64,000 bases of DNA from an uncultured virus (IMG/VR IMGVR_UViG_3300008954_002234). Its lineage: Duplodnaviria > Heunggongvirae > Uroviricota > Caudoviricetes. This document shows positions 33,952-43,745 of this stretch, piece after piece. Each line of letters opens with the position of its first letter. Position 1 is the first letter of the stretch. The stretch is taken from IMG/VR virus record IMGVR_UViG_3300008954_002234; one strand, given 5' to 3'. The notes under the pieces are model-generated. The model saw only the letters and a program-made list of their open reading frames with translations, had not been told where the DNA came from and searched no databases. Made by a program: the position numbers and the translations under genes.

Positions 33952-35602
33952 TGCCTACCAATCCCATGTATAAGTGAGCTTCTATTTTCCTTGCTAAAAT
34001 ATGCCATATTCTGTGCCTAGGAACCCAAACTAAATTTATTCTGTCTCCTATCTGGTTTCGCATCTTCCAGCTTTGAGTAAAACTTCTTATTGATTTATCA
34101 ACAATTTGACCGTATTCCTCAAACTTTTGTTCGTTTAAAAGAGTTTCGTCGTTAATCATGAAAAAAAATGGTATGTTTTTGTTTATGCACTCCATAGCAT
34201 CTTTTTTTCTAAATACGATTAAAACATCAGGGTTCCGAGGCCAGCTTTCTAAGACTCTTGATGCTGCGGCTTGGTGGCCTCTGCACTCTAGCTCTCCAGA
34301 AAGATCCTTTACAAAGTCAAACGTATAGTGATCTGCGTCGCCTCCCCAATAGAGAGTTATTAACAAAGAGTCTTTGGATTCTGTTAATTTTTCTAAAGAC
34401 TCGTAATCAATCATATTTTTATCAACAGTGTGTTTATACCAGTCGGAGCCTGTCCACTCGCTACTTCTCATTTCATTTATGCAATACTTTTGCTGACTGG
34501 GATACTCATCTAGTAGTATTTGTTTTCTTTCTGTTAGTAATTTTTCTTTTGAATTTTTGTAAATATATATCTTATCTTTTGGGAAAATGTCTTTCACTAG
34601 ATCATGTGTTTCCACATGTTGTATGTGCCCGTATTCTCCATATTGATTGTGAGTCACTATTTGTTGCCAGTCTGTTTCTCGGTTAATTCTTTTTAAAACA
34701 TTTTTATAATCATCTCTGTATTGAAGAGGGTCTAAAGTAGGAGTTTCCATGCCTAAGCATTCAAAGTATTTCACTCCAGCTCTTTTCATGCAATTTTGAA
34801 ACTCATAATACCTAGTCTCATGCTTTTCCTTGTGCCATACATCATAGTCCATTGAGGCTGTCAACGAAACCACTTTGGTTTCATATGCGTTTTCAAGTAA
34901 CCAGTCGCCAAAAAATATAGCTTCGTCATCTGGATGAGCTATCACCAAAAGTTTAGTAGGCCTAGGGGGGAGATGAATACCTTTCCAAACAAAAGTTTCA
35001 TCAGAAACAATTTCTAGGTGATTTAGACTTTTGTCCTGTCCTTCTTTTATAACTTTAGGGACAAACTTCCATTTATAGCCAAAATCTCCAGACTCGTTTG
35101 TGTGCTGTCTATTTGAAATTACTTCACCAAAAGTTTTGAGATTTTCCGGCCCCATTAAATCAATATAGTCTACCCATTGATTCTCAATACAATACTCAAC
35201 AAGCTTAGCCCACATCCATTTGGAAACCTCTGCTGTCCTGCAAGAATTAGTGTCGTAAAGCGGAGCATTGCAATATATATAGTTATCCCACTTTAAAACA
35301 AAATGATATGCTATGCCACAACTAAAACATTGTAGTACGCCTCTGTCGTGCAAACTTTGAAGTTCTTTGTCTGAATACCAATCTCCCCAGCTCCAATTGT
35401 TGCATCTAGCCCACAGGTCCATATAGCCCCTGCATTGTTCTGGGTTAAAATCAACTTTACTGTAGTTTAAATCTTTATTAAAGTCTAATGTCTTTTTTAA
35501 GTCCTGTCTGCTAGACTTGGATAGTGAAGACAAATAATCCTCCAAGCTGCTAAACCTAGAGGTGGGGATTATTATAGGGGAACTGTGCTTTAGCACCTTC
35601 AC
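33944..35602 (-). CDS. Multidomain protein with central PIG-L/LmbE deacetylase domain
   Basis: AHPDDE and THN..GEYGH..H; N-terminal region resembles FemAB/GNAT acyltransferases. Confidence 0.65.
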   Translation of the reverse strand: MKVLKHSSPIIIPTSRFSSLEDYLSSLSKSSRQDLKKTLDFNKDLNYSKVDFNPEQCRGYMDLWARCNNWSWGDWYSDKELQSLHDRGVLQCFSCGIAYHFVLKWDNYIYCNAPLYDTNSCRTAEVSKWMWAKLVEYCIENQWVDYIDLMGPENLKTFGEVISNRQHTNESGDFGYKWKFVPKVIKEGQDKSLNHLEIVSDETFVWKGIHLPPRPTKLLVIAHPDDEAIFFGDWLLENAYETKVVSLTASMDYDVWHKEKHETRYYEFQNCMKRAGVKYFECLGMETPTLDPLQYRDDYKNVLKRINRETDWQQIVTHNQYGEYGHIQHVETHDLVKDIFPKDKIYIYKNSKEKLLTERKQILLDEYPSQQKYCINEMRSSEWTGSDWYKHTVDKNMIDYESLEKLTESKDSLLITLYWGGDADHYTFDFVKDLSGELECRGHQAAASRVLESWPRNPDVLIVFRKKDAMECINKNIPFFFMINDETLLNEQKFEEYGQIVDKSIRSFTQSWKMRNQIGDRINLVWVPRHRIWHILARKIEAHLYMGLVGND

Positions 35603-35689
35603 ACAAAAAAATCTTCAGAAAGCTCTCTTGAGGCGTTTTCTGGTTCAATTCTTTCAATCCAGCCAGTAATTATGTATTTGCTTTGTTCT
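35599..35689 (-). pseudogene. Remnant 3' end of a homologous 2OG-Fe(II) oxygenase
   Basis: Translates to KYIITGWIERIEPENASRELSEDFFV*, matching the upstream gene's KYIITGWIESLNEENVSREFPQDYFV*. Confidence 0.8.
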
Positions 35690-36373
35690 TTATACAAAAT
35701 AATCTTGAGGGAACTCTCGAGAAACATTTTCCTCGTTAAGGCTCTCTATCCAGCCAGTAATGATATATTTTTCTTCTCCCTTGCTGGGGGGATTACCTCT
35801 GTGAAGATGTGTCCAATACGCTGGGAATAGGCCAGATGCACCAGCCTTTGGTTTGATTTTAAAGTTTTGAAACATAAATTCTGTTTCTCCTCCTTCTTTG
35901 ACATCATTTAGATACCATATAAAAGCCATCAGTCTGTCTTTCATGGTGGGGTCTTCGTTAAACTGTTCGTAATGCCAAGCGTAATACCCCCCGCCGTCTG
36001 AATATTTTTGTATTTGCATATGGGGATTTCCAAGCCGAACTGCTCCAAATCTGCCTTGAGCTGTTCTGACGAGACAAAGTTTGCTAGAAAACCCGGGTTT
36101 ACTCCCACATTTCATGGTTCTCCAAGGATATTTTGAGAGATACTCGACTAAAGAGTGCAATAACTCTTCTCTGAGGTAGTCGTATATGTAAGCCCAGTCT
36201 TTGTCATCTAGCTGATCGTGGATCATCAAGTCTGTTGACCTTTTGATTGAATGGTTCACTCCACTGCCAGAAACACCCTCACCTTTGTGTTGGGATTCCT
36301 CGAACTTATTTATGATTTTATCGCATACCTCACTTGACAGCGATTTTTCCCTTGTGTAAATTAGGTTACTCAT
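35690..36373 (-). CDS. 2OG-Fe(II) oxygenase (prolyl hydroxylase-like)
   Basis: WHYE, YLNDVKEGGETEF, FPAYWTHLHRG, KYIITGW. Confidence 0.88.
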   Translation of the reverse strand: MSNLIYTREKSLSSEVCDKIINKFEESQHKGEGVSGSGVNHSIKRSTDLMIHDQLDDKDWAYIYDYLREELLHSLVEYLSKYPWRTMKCGSKPGFSSKLCLVRTAQGRFGAVRLGNPHMQIQKYSDGGGYYAWHYEQFNEDPTMKDRLMAFIWYLNDVKEGGETEFMFQNFKIKPKAGASGLFPAYWTHLHRGNPPSKGEEKYIITGWIESLNEENVSREFPQDYFV

Positions 36374-36374
36374 A

Positions 36375-36869
36375 TTAAAACTCCTTCTCTAATCCATAAT
36401 ACATATCTGGAATGTCGTCGTTTAACCTTAGGGGATTAAAGTTTAAGTTGGAAAAGTCAAAAGAAGAGCTCCCTTCGAAATATACTTTTAGGTTACAATT
36501 GAACTCGTTCACTTTCTCTGTGCAATACTTTTTTACTAATTCAAAGTCCACGGCTTTGCCCTCTTTTCCCTTCGCTACTAGGATAACGTCTTTATTGGCT
36601 AGATGGTTGTCAAAAATGCGAATTAACTTATCATCTTTCCAAAACTCTACCTTCCATTGCTCTATTTCTTCGAAGAAATGGCTTCCCCATGTACCAGTTG
36701 TGACCACCATTTCCCCTATGAACTCATATTCTTCAAAGGGATTTCTTCTTCTAAACCATTTTACAAAATAGTCAGAAGATTCTTCGCTGTCACTAATAAT
36801 GGAGACTTTCGCTTCTCCGGCAAAGTTTACATGGGCTATGCTAGATTTTGTTAAAGCTATTTTCATCAC
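36375..36869 (-). CDS. Hypothetical protein
   Basis: ORF track. Confidence 0.55.
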   Translation of the reverse strand: MMKIALTKSSIAHVNFAGEAKVSIISDSEESSDYFVKWFRRRNPFEEYEFIGEMVVTTGTWGSHFFEEIEQWKVEFWKDDKLIRIFDNHLANKDVILVAKGKEGKAVDFELVKKYCTEKVNEFNCNLKVYFEGSSSFDFSNLNFNPLRLNDDIPDMYYGLEKEF

Positions 36870-36968
36870 CAGAACCAGACCATATAGTCTTCACCTTCTA
36901 CGTTTGTTGGGAGGATGTCGTATTGTTTTCTTTTCATGTACATAATAGATACGAAAATAATGTATAAC

Positions 36969-37433
36969 CTATTCATAGTTTTTATAGTTATACTCACAAT
37001 TAGCATTTTTTAAATCTTTTTGATAATCTACTGTTAATTCCTCTCCCACTTTTATTTTTCTAATAGTCTTAAAGGGGTCTTCCCTCTCTGTGTCTAGCTC
37101 TATATTAGGGTCGGTGGAAGCGTTTAAAAACTGAGTTATGTGCAAAACCTCTAATTCACAAGGATGAACGAATAAACCTCTGTTGCTTAGTAGGTTATAG
37201 TCCAGCAACATCTTTCGCACCGGCTCATCAAGTTTGCTTATTTCGTGACTGGCTAGCCTAATAGTGCCGCCAAAGAAATGGTGGTTAGGGGTGGACCAAG
37301 GAGAAGCCCCAGAGGGAATCTCCTTGATCGCAAATACCCCTACTCCATGAGTTTTAGAAGGCTGAACTCTGCAATAAGTTTTGTTCTTTAGCCTGCTTAA
37401 TATTTCTTTAGTTATTAGGAGGTGGGGACTCAA
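36969..37433 (-). CDS. SET-domain protein
   Basis: SKTHGVGVFAIKEIP.G, FLNAS.DPN, I..GEELTVDY; start uncertain. Confidence 0.8.
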   Translation of the reverse strand: MSPHLLITKEILSRLKNKTYCRVQPSKTHGVGVFAIKEIPSGASPWSTPNHHFFGGTIRLASHEISKLDEPVRKMLLDYNLLSNRGLFVHPCELEVLHITQFLNASTDPNIELDTEREDPFKTIRKIKVGEELTVDYQKDLKNANCEYNYKNYE

Positions 37434-37938
37434 TTTTAACTGGTATAATCTTTCTAACAGGAGTGCTTACAAACTTAACGATTTTAAGGGTAGTCGTTAG
37501 CACGTTTTTAGCTAAGCCAATAGTTGCTACGACCGTGCCTCTTCCTCCCTCAATAGCAGAGCCAGCAGCCATGCCGACAGGAACCGCTACCGCTTCTGGG
37601 TGTTCTTTAACTGCTTTAATCGTATTTTTAAATTTAAATAAAGATACGACCTCGTTAAGCTTAACCTTCTCTCCGGTTTTTCCGGCTTCCTTGAACTTTT
37701 TCCAATCAATCTTAATGATTGAATCGGTTATTTCTTGAGAGCCTTGCATATAGTGACGAACGTAATTCCTCTTGAGCCAAGTAGAAGGCTTTTGGGCCTC
37801 AAACTTTGGTTCGTCTGGATTTACCCAACTGCCGTTCTCGTAAATAACGGTACGACCCAATAACTTAAGCTCCTCTGCTTGAGCAGGTGCTACAATCGCA
37901 AAGAGAGCTACCACGCTTAAATATTTTTTGATATACAT
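37408..37938 (-). CDS. Exported hypothetical protein
   Basis: Signal peptide ending AQA. Confidence 0.55.
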   Translation of the reverse strand: MYIKKYLSVVALFAIVAPAQAEELKLLGRTVIYENGSWVNPDEPKFEAQKPSTWLKRNYVRHYMQGSQEITDSIIKIDWKKFKEAGKTGEKVKLNEVVSLFKFKNTIKAVKEHPEAVAVPVGMAAGSAIEGGRGTVVATIGLAKNVLTTTLKIVKFVSTPVRKIIPVKIESPPPNN

Positions 37939-37989
37939 ATTTAATTTTAAATTTTAACTTTATTAATTCTACTTGAGTTAGTATGTTCA

Positions 37990-38066
37990 TGGCACCCCGA
38001 GCTGGACTCGAACCGGCAACCCTCTGCTTAGAAGGCAGATGCTCTATCCAATTGAGCTATCGGGGC
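37990..38066 (-). tRNA. tRNA-Arg (TCT)
   Basis: GCCCCGATAGCTCAATTGGATAGAGC..CTTCTAA..GGTTCGAGTCC..GCCA. Confidence 0.93.
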
Positions 38067-38074
38067 ATAAAATC

Positions 38075-38147
38075 TGGGCCTTGCAGGATTTGAACCTGCG
38101 GCCAATCGATTATGAGTCGACTGCTCTAACCGCTGAGCTAAAGGCCC
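38075..38147 (-). tRNA. tRNA with CAT anticodon, Ile2-type
   Basis: GGGCCTTTAGCTCAGCGGTTAGAGCAGTCGACTCATAATCG..; body resembles bacterial tRNA-Ile2 rather than initiator Met; CCA not encoded. Confidence 0.85.
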
Positions 38148-38156
38148 GGTTTAGGT

Positions 38157-38387
38157 CTACTTATTGTTTAAGCTCTTTAACTCGCTGTGTATCTCGAATA
38201 TGACCAGCATCAATTCGGTGTATATTCGAACTGCTATTGGGCCAAGAACAGCCGTACTGATGCCGCTGATTAGATCTAACTTCATCGTAAAAAGGCCAAC
38301 AATAACGCAGCCAACCATAGCGATATAACTCAGGACCTTTAAGACTCCGGGAGTTATCATATATTTATAACTTAAGAACTCATTCAT
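38157..38387 (-). CDS. DUF4282-like membrane protein
   Basis: F....MITP, two TMs, RIYTELMLVIF.I. Confidence 0.7.
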   Translation of the reverse strand: MNEFLSYKYMITPGVLKVLSYIAMVGCVIVGLFTMKLDLISGISTAVLGPIAVRIYTELMLVIFEIHSELKSLNNK

Positions 38388-38403
38388 TATGTTTTATTAT
38401 TTA

Positions 38404-38643
38404 TTATGTTATTACTTGTGGCTCTTTTTGAGGTGGCCACACACCATCAAAGTCAATCGAATCCAATTCTTTAAATCCTTTTTTTTCTTTTTTTAAAAAT
38501 ATTAATTTACCGGGACACCTAAAGGGATAACTAAAAACCCAATCTATGTTTTTTACATCAGACTCGGCGGTCTTGCCTTCTGGCGTAACTATCTTAACGT
38601 GGGTTGCTCCCCTTGGTATGGGGCTAGTTTTTTTGAATGGCAT
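38404..38643 (-). CDS. Hypothetical protein
   Basis: ORF track. Confidence 0.5.
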   Translation of the reverse strand: MPFKKTSPIPRGATHVKIVTPEGKTAESDVKNIDWVFSYPFRCPGKLIFLKKEKKGFKELDSIDFDGVWPPQKEPQVIT

Positions 38644-38830
38644 CTTTTACCTCTTCAAAGGTTTCTCTTACTTTTATTTGATCTTTTCTCATCTGCAAAA
38701 CTGTGTTACCGGATGCGTCGGTCCAAAAACTTTGAATCTTAGTGGTATTAATAGATACTTTTCTCTCTTTGGGCTCACTCGCATACGTCGTTAAGCGGTC
38801 TAGTACTACTTCTGTTAGTTCTATAAACAT
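38624..38830 (-). CDS. FlbD-like small protein
   Basis: MFIELT..SINTTKI..T.L.M..IKVRETFEEV. Confidence 0.55.
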   Translation of the reverse strand: MFIELTEVVLDRLTTYASEPKERKVSINTTKIQSFWTDASGNTVLQMRKDQIKVRETFEEVKDAIQKN

Positions 38831-38833
38831 ATT

Positions 38834-39220
38834 TTATGTAATTGAAAGTTGCTCTGGGGCTTTGCGGTAAACTCTGTAGCTGTCGCAATCCTCATGAAAA
38901 GTGCTAATTTCTACAAATTTAACATCTCCGCCTTTTGGTATTAGTCTGTGAGGCATTAACCTGTCTAAAACAAATACTTCTCCCTCATTGATAGTCTTTA
39001 CGTATTTATCTGTGGTGATAGTATCAATAATCTCTACGTCCAAGGCCCCTTCTAGGATATAAAAAGTCTCATGCTTTTTTTGATGAAAATGCATTGAGGT
39101 TGAATGACCGAATTTGATATATAAAATTTTTCCACAATAGTTCTCTTCTTTGTTGTTGGCCATCCATATTTCATAGCCCCAATCTTTATCTACTTTTTTT
39201 GCTTTTGCTAAGGCACTCAT
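38834..39220 (-). CDS. Cupin (mannose-6-phosphate isomerase-like)
   Basis: KVDKDWGYE, SMHFH..KHETFY, PHR, EIST. Confidence 0.8.
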   Translation of the reverse strand: MSALAKAKKVDKDWGYEIWMANNKEENYCGKILYIKFGHSTSMHFHQKKHETFYILEGALDVEIIDTITTDKYVKTINEGEVFVLDRLMPHRLIPKGGDVKFVEISTFHEDCDSYRVYRKAPEQLSIT

Positions 39221-39304
39221 TACAATATACCCTTATATTACCCTTAACTTGCTTCCATGTCAAGTTTATTTCCTCAAACACTTTTTTGCATTTACTACAT
39301 GGAC

Positions 39305-39517
39305 TCACAGATCAGCTTCTCCGATATCTATAAAATAAAGAAGCCTATAGACTTTTTCCATTCCGACATCATCTTTTATTAGTTCTATAGGCATTTCCAT
39401 ATTTAGGTCTGAGTTTGGCGTGAGTAGCCAATCGGCTACTTTGTCGTCGGGCATAACTTCGCAACATTCGTTGACAACATTAACAAATTCAATTAGTTTG
39501 TCTTTTTCTATATTCAT
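39305..39517 (-). CDS. Standalone MbcA/ParS/Xre antitoxin C-terminal-like domain
   Basis: VADWLLTPNSDL..MPIELI...G...V..LL. Confidence 0.6.
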   Translation of the reverse strand: MNIEKDKLIEFVNVVNECCEVMPDDKVADWLLTPNSDLNMEMPIELIKDDVGMEKVYRLLYFIDIGEADL

Positions 39518-40209
39518 CTACTATCGCGCCTCTTTCTCCATTCGTCGTACTGGCGTCGTCTTTCGTTCTGATCTATGTTAACCTTTATTTGATGCTGTCC
39601 AGATTGCAGGCTTTCTATTCTTTTAAGTAGGTACTCTTTCCTGTCGCTGTCTTCCATTTTGTTAAGGTATTCTAACCCTCTCTCCATCGCTTTCTGCATT
39701 CTTGGATCAGTAATCCCCCTATTTCTTGATGGGACTTTTATAACACTAGGTCCTGCAGGGGGTCTTTTGCTCTTATCGTCTTTTTTATCGTCTTTTTTAT
39801 CTTTTTTTATAGCTGTTGTTTTAGAGACGCTAACAGGCTTTGTTATAATTGTCGGTAGCCTATTGTTTTCAAAAGAAATTAGCTGTTGTTGTCCATTATT
39901 TGAAACTAAAATAGACTCATTTAATATTTTTTTTAATTCTACTCCATCTTGCTCACTGTTTAGATTGAGAGATAAGAATTTGTCAGGTTGGCCAGCTCTT
40001 CTGAGAACTAGGTGGGCTTTCCTGACGCCATTAAGGCGTGTTAATCCAGTAAGGTATAAGTTGGGCTTAAGGATCTCTGAGACTGGAGGCAGGGCTGGCT
40101 TTGGCTGATCGGCCATTAGGTCGAAAGCGTTTCTATTTGGAATAGATTGGTATTGATTATCTTCTGCAAAAACAGAAGCCGCAAATAATAATGGTAATAG
40201 TTTTTTCAT
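39514..40209 (-). CDS. Exported GspC/PilP-like protein
   Basis: Signal peptide, YQSI..RNAFDL, LYLTGLT..A.L, DGVEL..I; lies next to the pilins. Confidence 0.5.
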   Translation of the reverse strand: MKKLLPLLFAASVFAEDNQYQSIPNRNAFDLMADQPKPALPPVSEILKPNLYLTGLTRLNGVRKAHLVLRRAGQPDKFLSLNLNSEQDGVELKKILNESILVSNNGQQQLISFENNRLPTIITKPVSVSKTTAIKKDKKDDKKDDKSKRPPAGPSVIKVPSRNRGITDPRMQKAMERGLEYLNKMEDSDRKEYLLKRIESLQSGQHQIKVNIDQNERRRQYDEWRKRRDSR

Positions 40210-40481
40210 GGCGCTGAAGCGTGGCATTCGTAACATTTATCTGAAATCATTTTGTGATCTAACATTAAATCTCGCTTAGTGTAAGATGGAGTTGTTTCGG
40301 AAGTGTCCTCATCATGTCCATCTGTATAATAATAAACAATTAATTGCCTTCTGTAGTTGTGGCATTGGGCGGCTTGGGCGGCTTTTTTAGCTTTGCTGAG
40401 AGCAGATAAAAGCATCGCAACCAAAACCAATATAATAGACAAAGTAATTAATAGTTCCATGATTGTAAACCCTTTATTCAT
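40206..40481 (-). CDS. Short prepilin-type protein
   Basis: [10 protein letters not shown]-methylation motif, LSKAK..A...C. Confidence 0.8.
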   Translation of the reverse strand: MNKGFTIMELLITLSIILVLVAMLLSALSKAKKAAQAAQCHNYRRQLIVYYYTDGHDEDTSETTPSYTKRDLMLDHKMISDKCYECHASAP

Positions 40482-41466
40482 GATAAGGTTTCCATGTTGG
40501 GTGACTGCCCCATGTGTCATTCCAAAACCAGCCCCAAGAGTCATACATACTCCCGTTTTTTTCTCGTAGATTCCAGACTCTATTGTACCTGCCGATACCG
40601 CCCATTGCTCCGTACCATTTATGGCTATTGGGGTCGGGAACGATCGCTCTTTCTCGGAGCCAAGCTAAGTCTCTGTTGTTGGGACTTACTATCTTATCTT
40701 GGTTGGTTGTTGGGCTCATTGCCTCGGATGATATGGTTATTGTGTCGTCCTCAAGCCACCGTTTAAACTCGACATGAGCATCAACAAATGAAACCACTGA
40801 TCCGTTATTGTGGTAAACCCCGGGCCAGTCTTGAGAAAAGAAGCTCTCGCCTCCTTTGAGAATTGGCGCTACTCTGAAGTTACCAGCATTGATTGATTGA
40901 GCTGGCATTTCGATAAAAGTAAATAACTCGCTAGGACTGTATACGTCATCATAAGTGTGATGAATTTTAAACTGCGTATCTGATATCCACGGCCAACCAG
41001 ACCAACCGCCGACAAATAGGTTCACGCTATAAGAACGAGGCCTATTAACAATTTCAGGCTTAAGTGTGTCAGAAATGGGACCGGGCACTCGCACAGTCGA
41101 CTTGTCACCGGGACAATGATATATCCCCATTCCTGCATAAGGCTTCAAGGGTGAAAAAAACAAGGGCCTGTCGGTCTGCCCCCAAACTCCGTTACCGCTC
41201 ATACTGTCAGATACCCATGCCCACATACCAGAAGGCTCACCTGCCCAAGCCGAAGCGTAAGGGAACCTGTCTTCGTGATCGGCTGCAAACTCTGCGTAAG
41301 CAAGATTAAGTTGACGTTGATTATTTATACATTCCGCTTGCCATCCGGTCTGTTTTGCGGACGAAAGAGCAGGAAGTAGGAGAGCGGCCAGTATGGCAAT
41401 AATTGCAATGACCACTAACAACTCAATTAGACTAAAACCTTTTTTATTATTTATATTACCATTCAT
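40474..41466 (-). CDS. Prepilin-type protein with H-X9-DG-like motif (DUF1559-like)
   Basis: [54 protein letters not shown]. Confidence 0.9.
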   Translation of the reverse strand: MNGNINNKKGFSLIELLVVIAIIAILAALLLPALSSAKQTGWQAECINNQRQLNLAYAEFAADHEDRFPYASAWAGEPSGMWAWVSDSMSGNGVWGQTDRPLFFSPLKPYAGMGIYHCPGDKSTVRVPGPISDTLKPEIVNRPRSYSVNLFVGGWSGWPWISDTQFKIHHTYDDVYSPSELFTFIEMPAQSINAGNFRVAPILKGGESFFSQDWPGVYHNNGSVVSFVDAHVEFKRWLEDDTITISSEAMSPTTNQDKIVSPNNRDLAWLRERAIVPDPNSHKWYGAMGGIGRYNRVWNLREKNGSMYDSWGWFWNDTWGSHPTWKPYHE

Positions 41467-42448
41467 GATTCCAATACCATCCCCAAGAGTCTGTTCTCCC
41501 GTGATGTTTGTAAACATCGTATCCCTGTACGCTTGCATTTTGCGGACGCATTTGTCTGGCTAGCCCATGAACCCACCCGAACCATCGCCATTTTTGCGCT
41601 TTAAAGTTTTTTATTTTGGTTGTAGACCTGTCTTTTAGCCATTTTATGTCATCATTCCCATATGCTCTTCTTATTCCATATTTGAAATTAGACCCATCGA
41701 TGTGATATTTCACCTGAGCCTCTATTGTCCGCTCGTCTAGCCAGCGCTTTGTCTCAACATGGCCGTCTACAAAAGCTAACGCTGTTCCATCAATGTGGTA
41801 ATTTCCGGGAACATCCATATCGTATACCTTGTGAGTAGGTGGGCCTTCGTTCATGACTACTCTAAAACAACCGGCGTTAATAAATTCAAATGGCATTTCT
41901 ATAAATGTAAAAATTTTGGATGGGTTTTCAATTTCTTGCTGTTTGTGGTATATCTTCCATTCCCTGTCTCTATCTACTGGCCAACCAGACCATCCCCCTA
42001 CATGAATGTTTATGCTATAGCTTCTGAGCCTTGGAACCAATTCTTTGACAAAACCTTTCCTATCCTTTATCCTTACCATATCTTTATCTGCTGGGCATTT
42101 AAATACTCCAGTATTGTTTTTGGTTGTGCTGCCCACATAATTAAATATAGGTGATTGCTTTAGCCATCTGGCTCTGTTTCCATATTGGCTAAGATTCAAA
42201 CTACCCGACATCCATGCGTACGGAGCGCATCTTTCATATTTCCACGCGCTCGAGTATAGTATTTTATCTCCATGGTCATCACTGAACATTGTGTGAGCCA
42301 TTTGTAATTGTTTCTGGTTGCTAATGCAGGTTGCTTTTTGTCCAACAGACTTAGCTCTGCCGACGGCAGGAAGAAGAAGGGCGGTTAAAATAGCAATAAT
42401 AGCTATGACAACTAACAATTCAACAAGAGTAAAGCCCTTTCTATTCAT
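41456..42448 (-). CDS. Prepilin-type protein with H-X9-DG motif (DUF1559-like)
   Basis: [46 protein letters not shown]. Confidence 0.9.
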   Translation of the reverse strand: MNRKGFTLVELLVVIAIIAILTALLLPAVGRAKSVGQKATCISNQKQLQMAHTMFSDDHGDKILYSSAWKYERCAPYAWMSGSLNLSQYGNRARWLKQSPIFNYVGSTTKNNTGVFKCPADKDMVRIKDRKGFVKELVPRLRSYSINIHVGGWSGWPVDRDREWKIYHKQQEIENPSKIFTFIEMPFEFINAGCFRVVMNEGPPTHKVYDMDVPGNYHIDGTALAFVDGHVETKRWLDERTIEAQVKYHIDGSNFKYGIRRAYGNDDIKWLKDRSTTKIKNFKAQKWRWFGWVHGLARQMRPQNASVQGYDVYKHHGRTDSWGWYWNHEW

Positions 42449-42686
42449 TTTCCAGATTGTTTATGTATTTATTAAGTTTACACAATTCTTCCAGCAAATG
42501 TATAGATGTTGTCCTCCAATACTTTCCAACTTCTCGTAAGGCTTCATTTTGGTCTCTTAATTCTTCTAAAAGTTGATAAGATTTATCGATGTAATCCCCA
42601 ACTTTATCGATTTTTGGACAGGTGTCGCCCGGTATGTCCGGGCAATCATCCGCCAGTTCTTTGTATCCTTTTTGGGGAAAGTGCAC
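42441..42686 (-). CDS. Conserved phage hypothetical protein
   Basis: TCPKID..LEELR..N.ALR. Confidence 0.6.
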   Translation of the reverse strand: MHFPQKGYKELADDCPDIPGDTCPKIDKVGDYIDKSYQLLEELRDQNEALREVGKYWRTTSIHLLEELCKLNKYINNLENE

Positions 42687-42688
42687 GT

Positions 42689-43222
42689 TTACTCTATTTT
42701 TTCAGTACCATAGTCGTAAGAATGCGGGTCAACCTTCTTGCGAACCTTATATAATAGTTTAGTTAAAATTTTAAAAATAAAAAAATAAAATTTGTATTTA
42801 AGAGTAGCCTCATGTTTGTCCTGCTTTTTTCGGGCCTCTTTCCATTTTCTATTTTCCTCTTCTTGTTCCTTAGCGGTTTTTATCATGTAAAATTCTTCTA
42901 AATATTTAGCGTCGAGTTTGCCTTCTAGGAATATAAAACGAAATTCCGCCCAATGTTGGTCGCCGTTTTTATCTTTTATGTTATCGTAAAAAAGGACTTC
43001 TCCTGTGTATTCTACAGGCACCCATTTGTCTTTCTTTTTTTTAGTCAAAAAGTCTACACTCTCGTTCATGAAGAGCTTTTGTTTGTAAACCTTGTATTGG
43101 CGTAGGGCATTATCCAAACTTTTGGTTTGGTAGCAGTTGCCACGGATTATTTTTTCTTGCTCTTTTGTGAGTAAGCCTTTTAAATAAGACTTCGGCACTG
43201 TTATGTCATCAAACATTCCCAT
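42689..43222 (-). CDS. Conserved phage hypothetical protein
   Basis: MGMFDDI..YQTKSL..TGEV.FY; start reassigned. Confidence 0.65.
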   Translation of the reverse strand: MGMFDDITVPKSYLKGLLTKEQEKIIRGNCYQTKSLDNALRQYKVYKQKLFMNESVDFLTKKKKDKWVPVEYTGEVLFYDNIKDKNGDQHWAEFRFIFLEGKLDAKYLEEFYMIKTAKEQEEENRKWKEARKKQDKHEATLKYKFYFFIFKILTKLLYKVRKKVDPHSYDYGTEKIE

Positions 43223-43745
43223 AAGGCATTCTTTCTTTCCATCTATCGTGTGCGTGTTTCGCAACTGATAAAGCTTTTTTTCCATTTTTCCATTCTCCTA
43301 CTTTAGTAGAGGAGCTTCGATCTATTTTATAGATTCTGAAAAACTGTTTAAATATCTTCAAGTGGCTATCTTCTATCCCATCTAGGGTGCTATACCTTTC
43401 TAGAGGTGACCAATGCGGGGCCACAATTAGCTTGTAATCGATTTCTTCGTCATCTACGAAGTCAAGTATCCCAAGCGGCCTACACTTCACTAGGCTGCCT
43501 CTGTCGATAGGGTCATGATTAAATATCAGAACATCGAGAGGATCGTTGTCTAGCGCATAGGTCTGAGTCACAAATCCATAATTTATTGGATATTGTAGTG
43601 ACGAAACAAGACATCTCTCTAATTCAAAAATATTATACTTTTCATTGTACTCATATTTTGTATTAGTTCCTTTGGGTATTTCTACAACACATGATATATG
43701 TTGGAAATCGTCACTTGTTATTGGTATATCGTTAACTAAATTCAC
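43209..43745 (-). CDS. ppa: Inorganic pyrophosphatase (family I)
   Basis: VEIPKG..KYE, YPINYGF..T...DNDPLDVL, D.KL. Confidence 0.92.
   Translation of the reverse strand: MNLVNDIPITSDDFQHISCVVEIPKGTNTKYEYNEKYNIFELERCLVSSLQYPINYGFVTQTYALDNDPLDVLIFNHDPIDRGSLVKCRPLGILDFVDDEEIDYKLIVAPHWSPLERYSTLDGIEDSHLKIFKQFFRIYKIDRSSSTKVGEWKNGKKALSVAKHAHDRWKERMPYGNV

Noticed and set aside
35599..35780. DGR template/variable repeat pair
   Set aside because: Differences are not adenine-specific, many are synonymous, and no reverse transcriptase is present.
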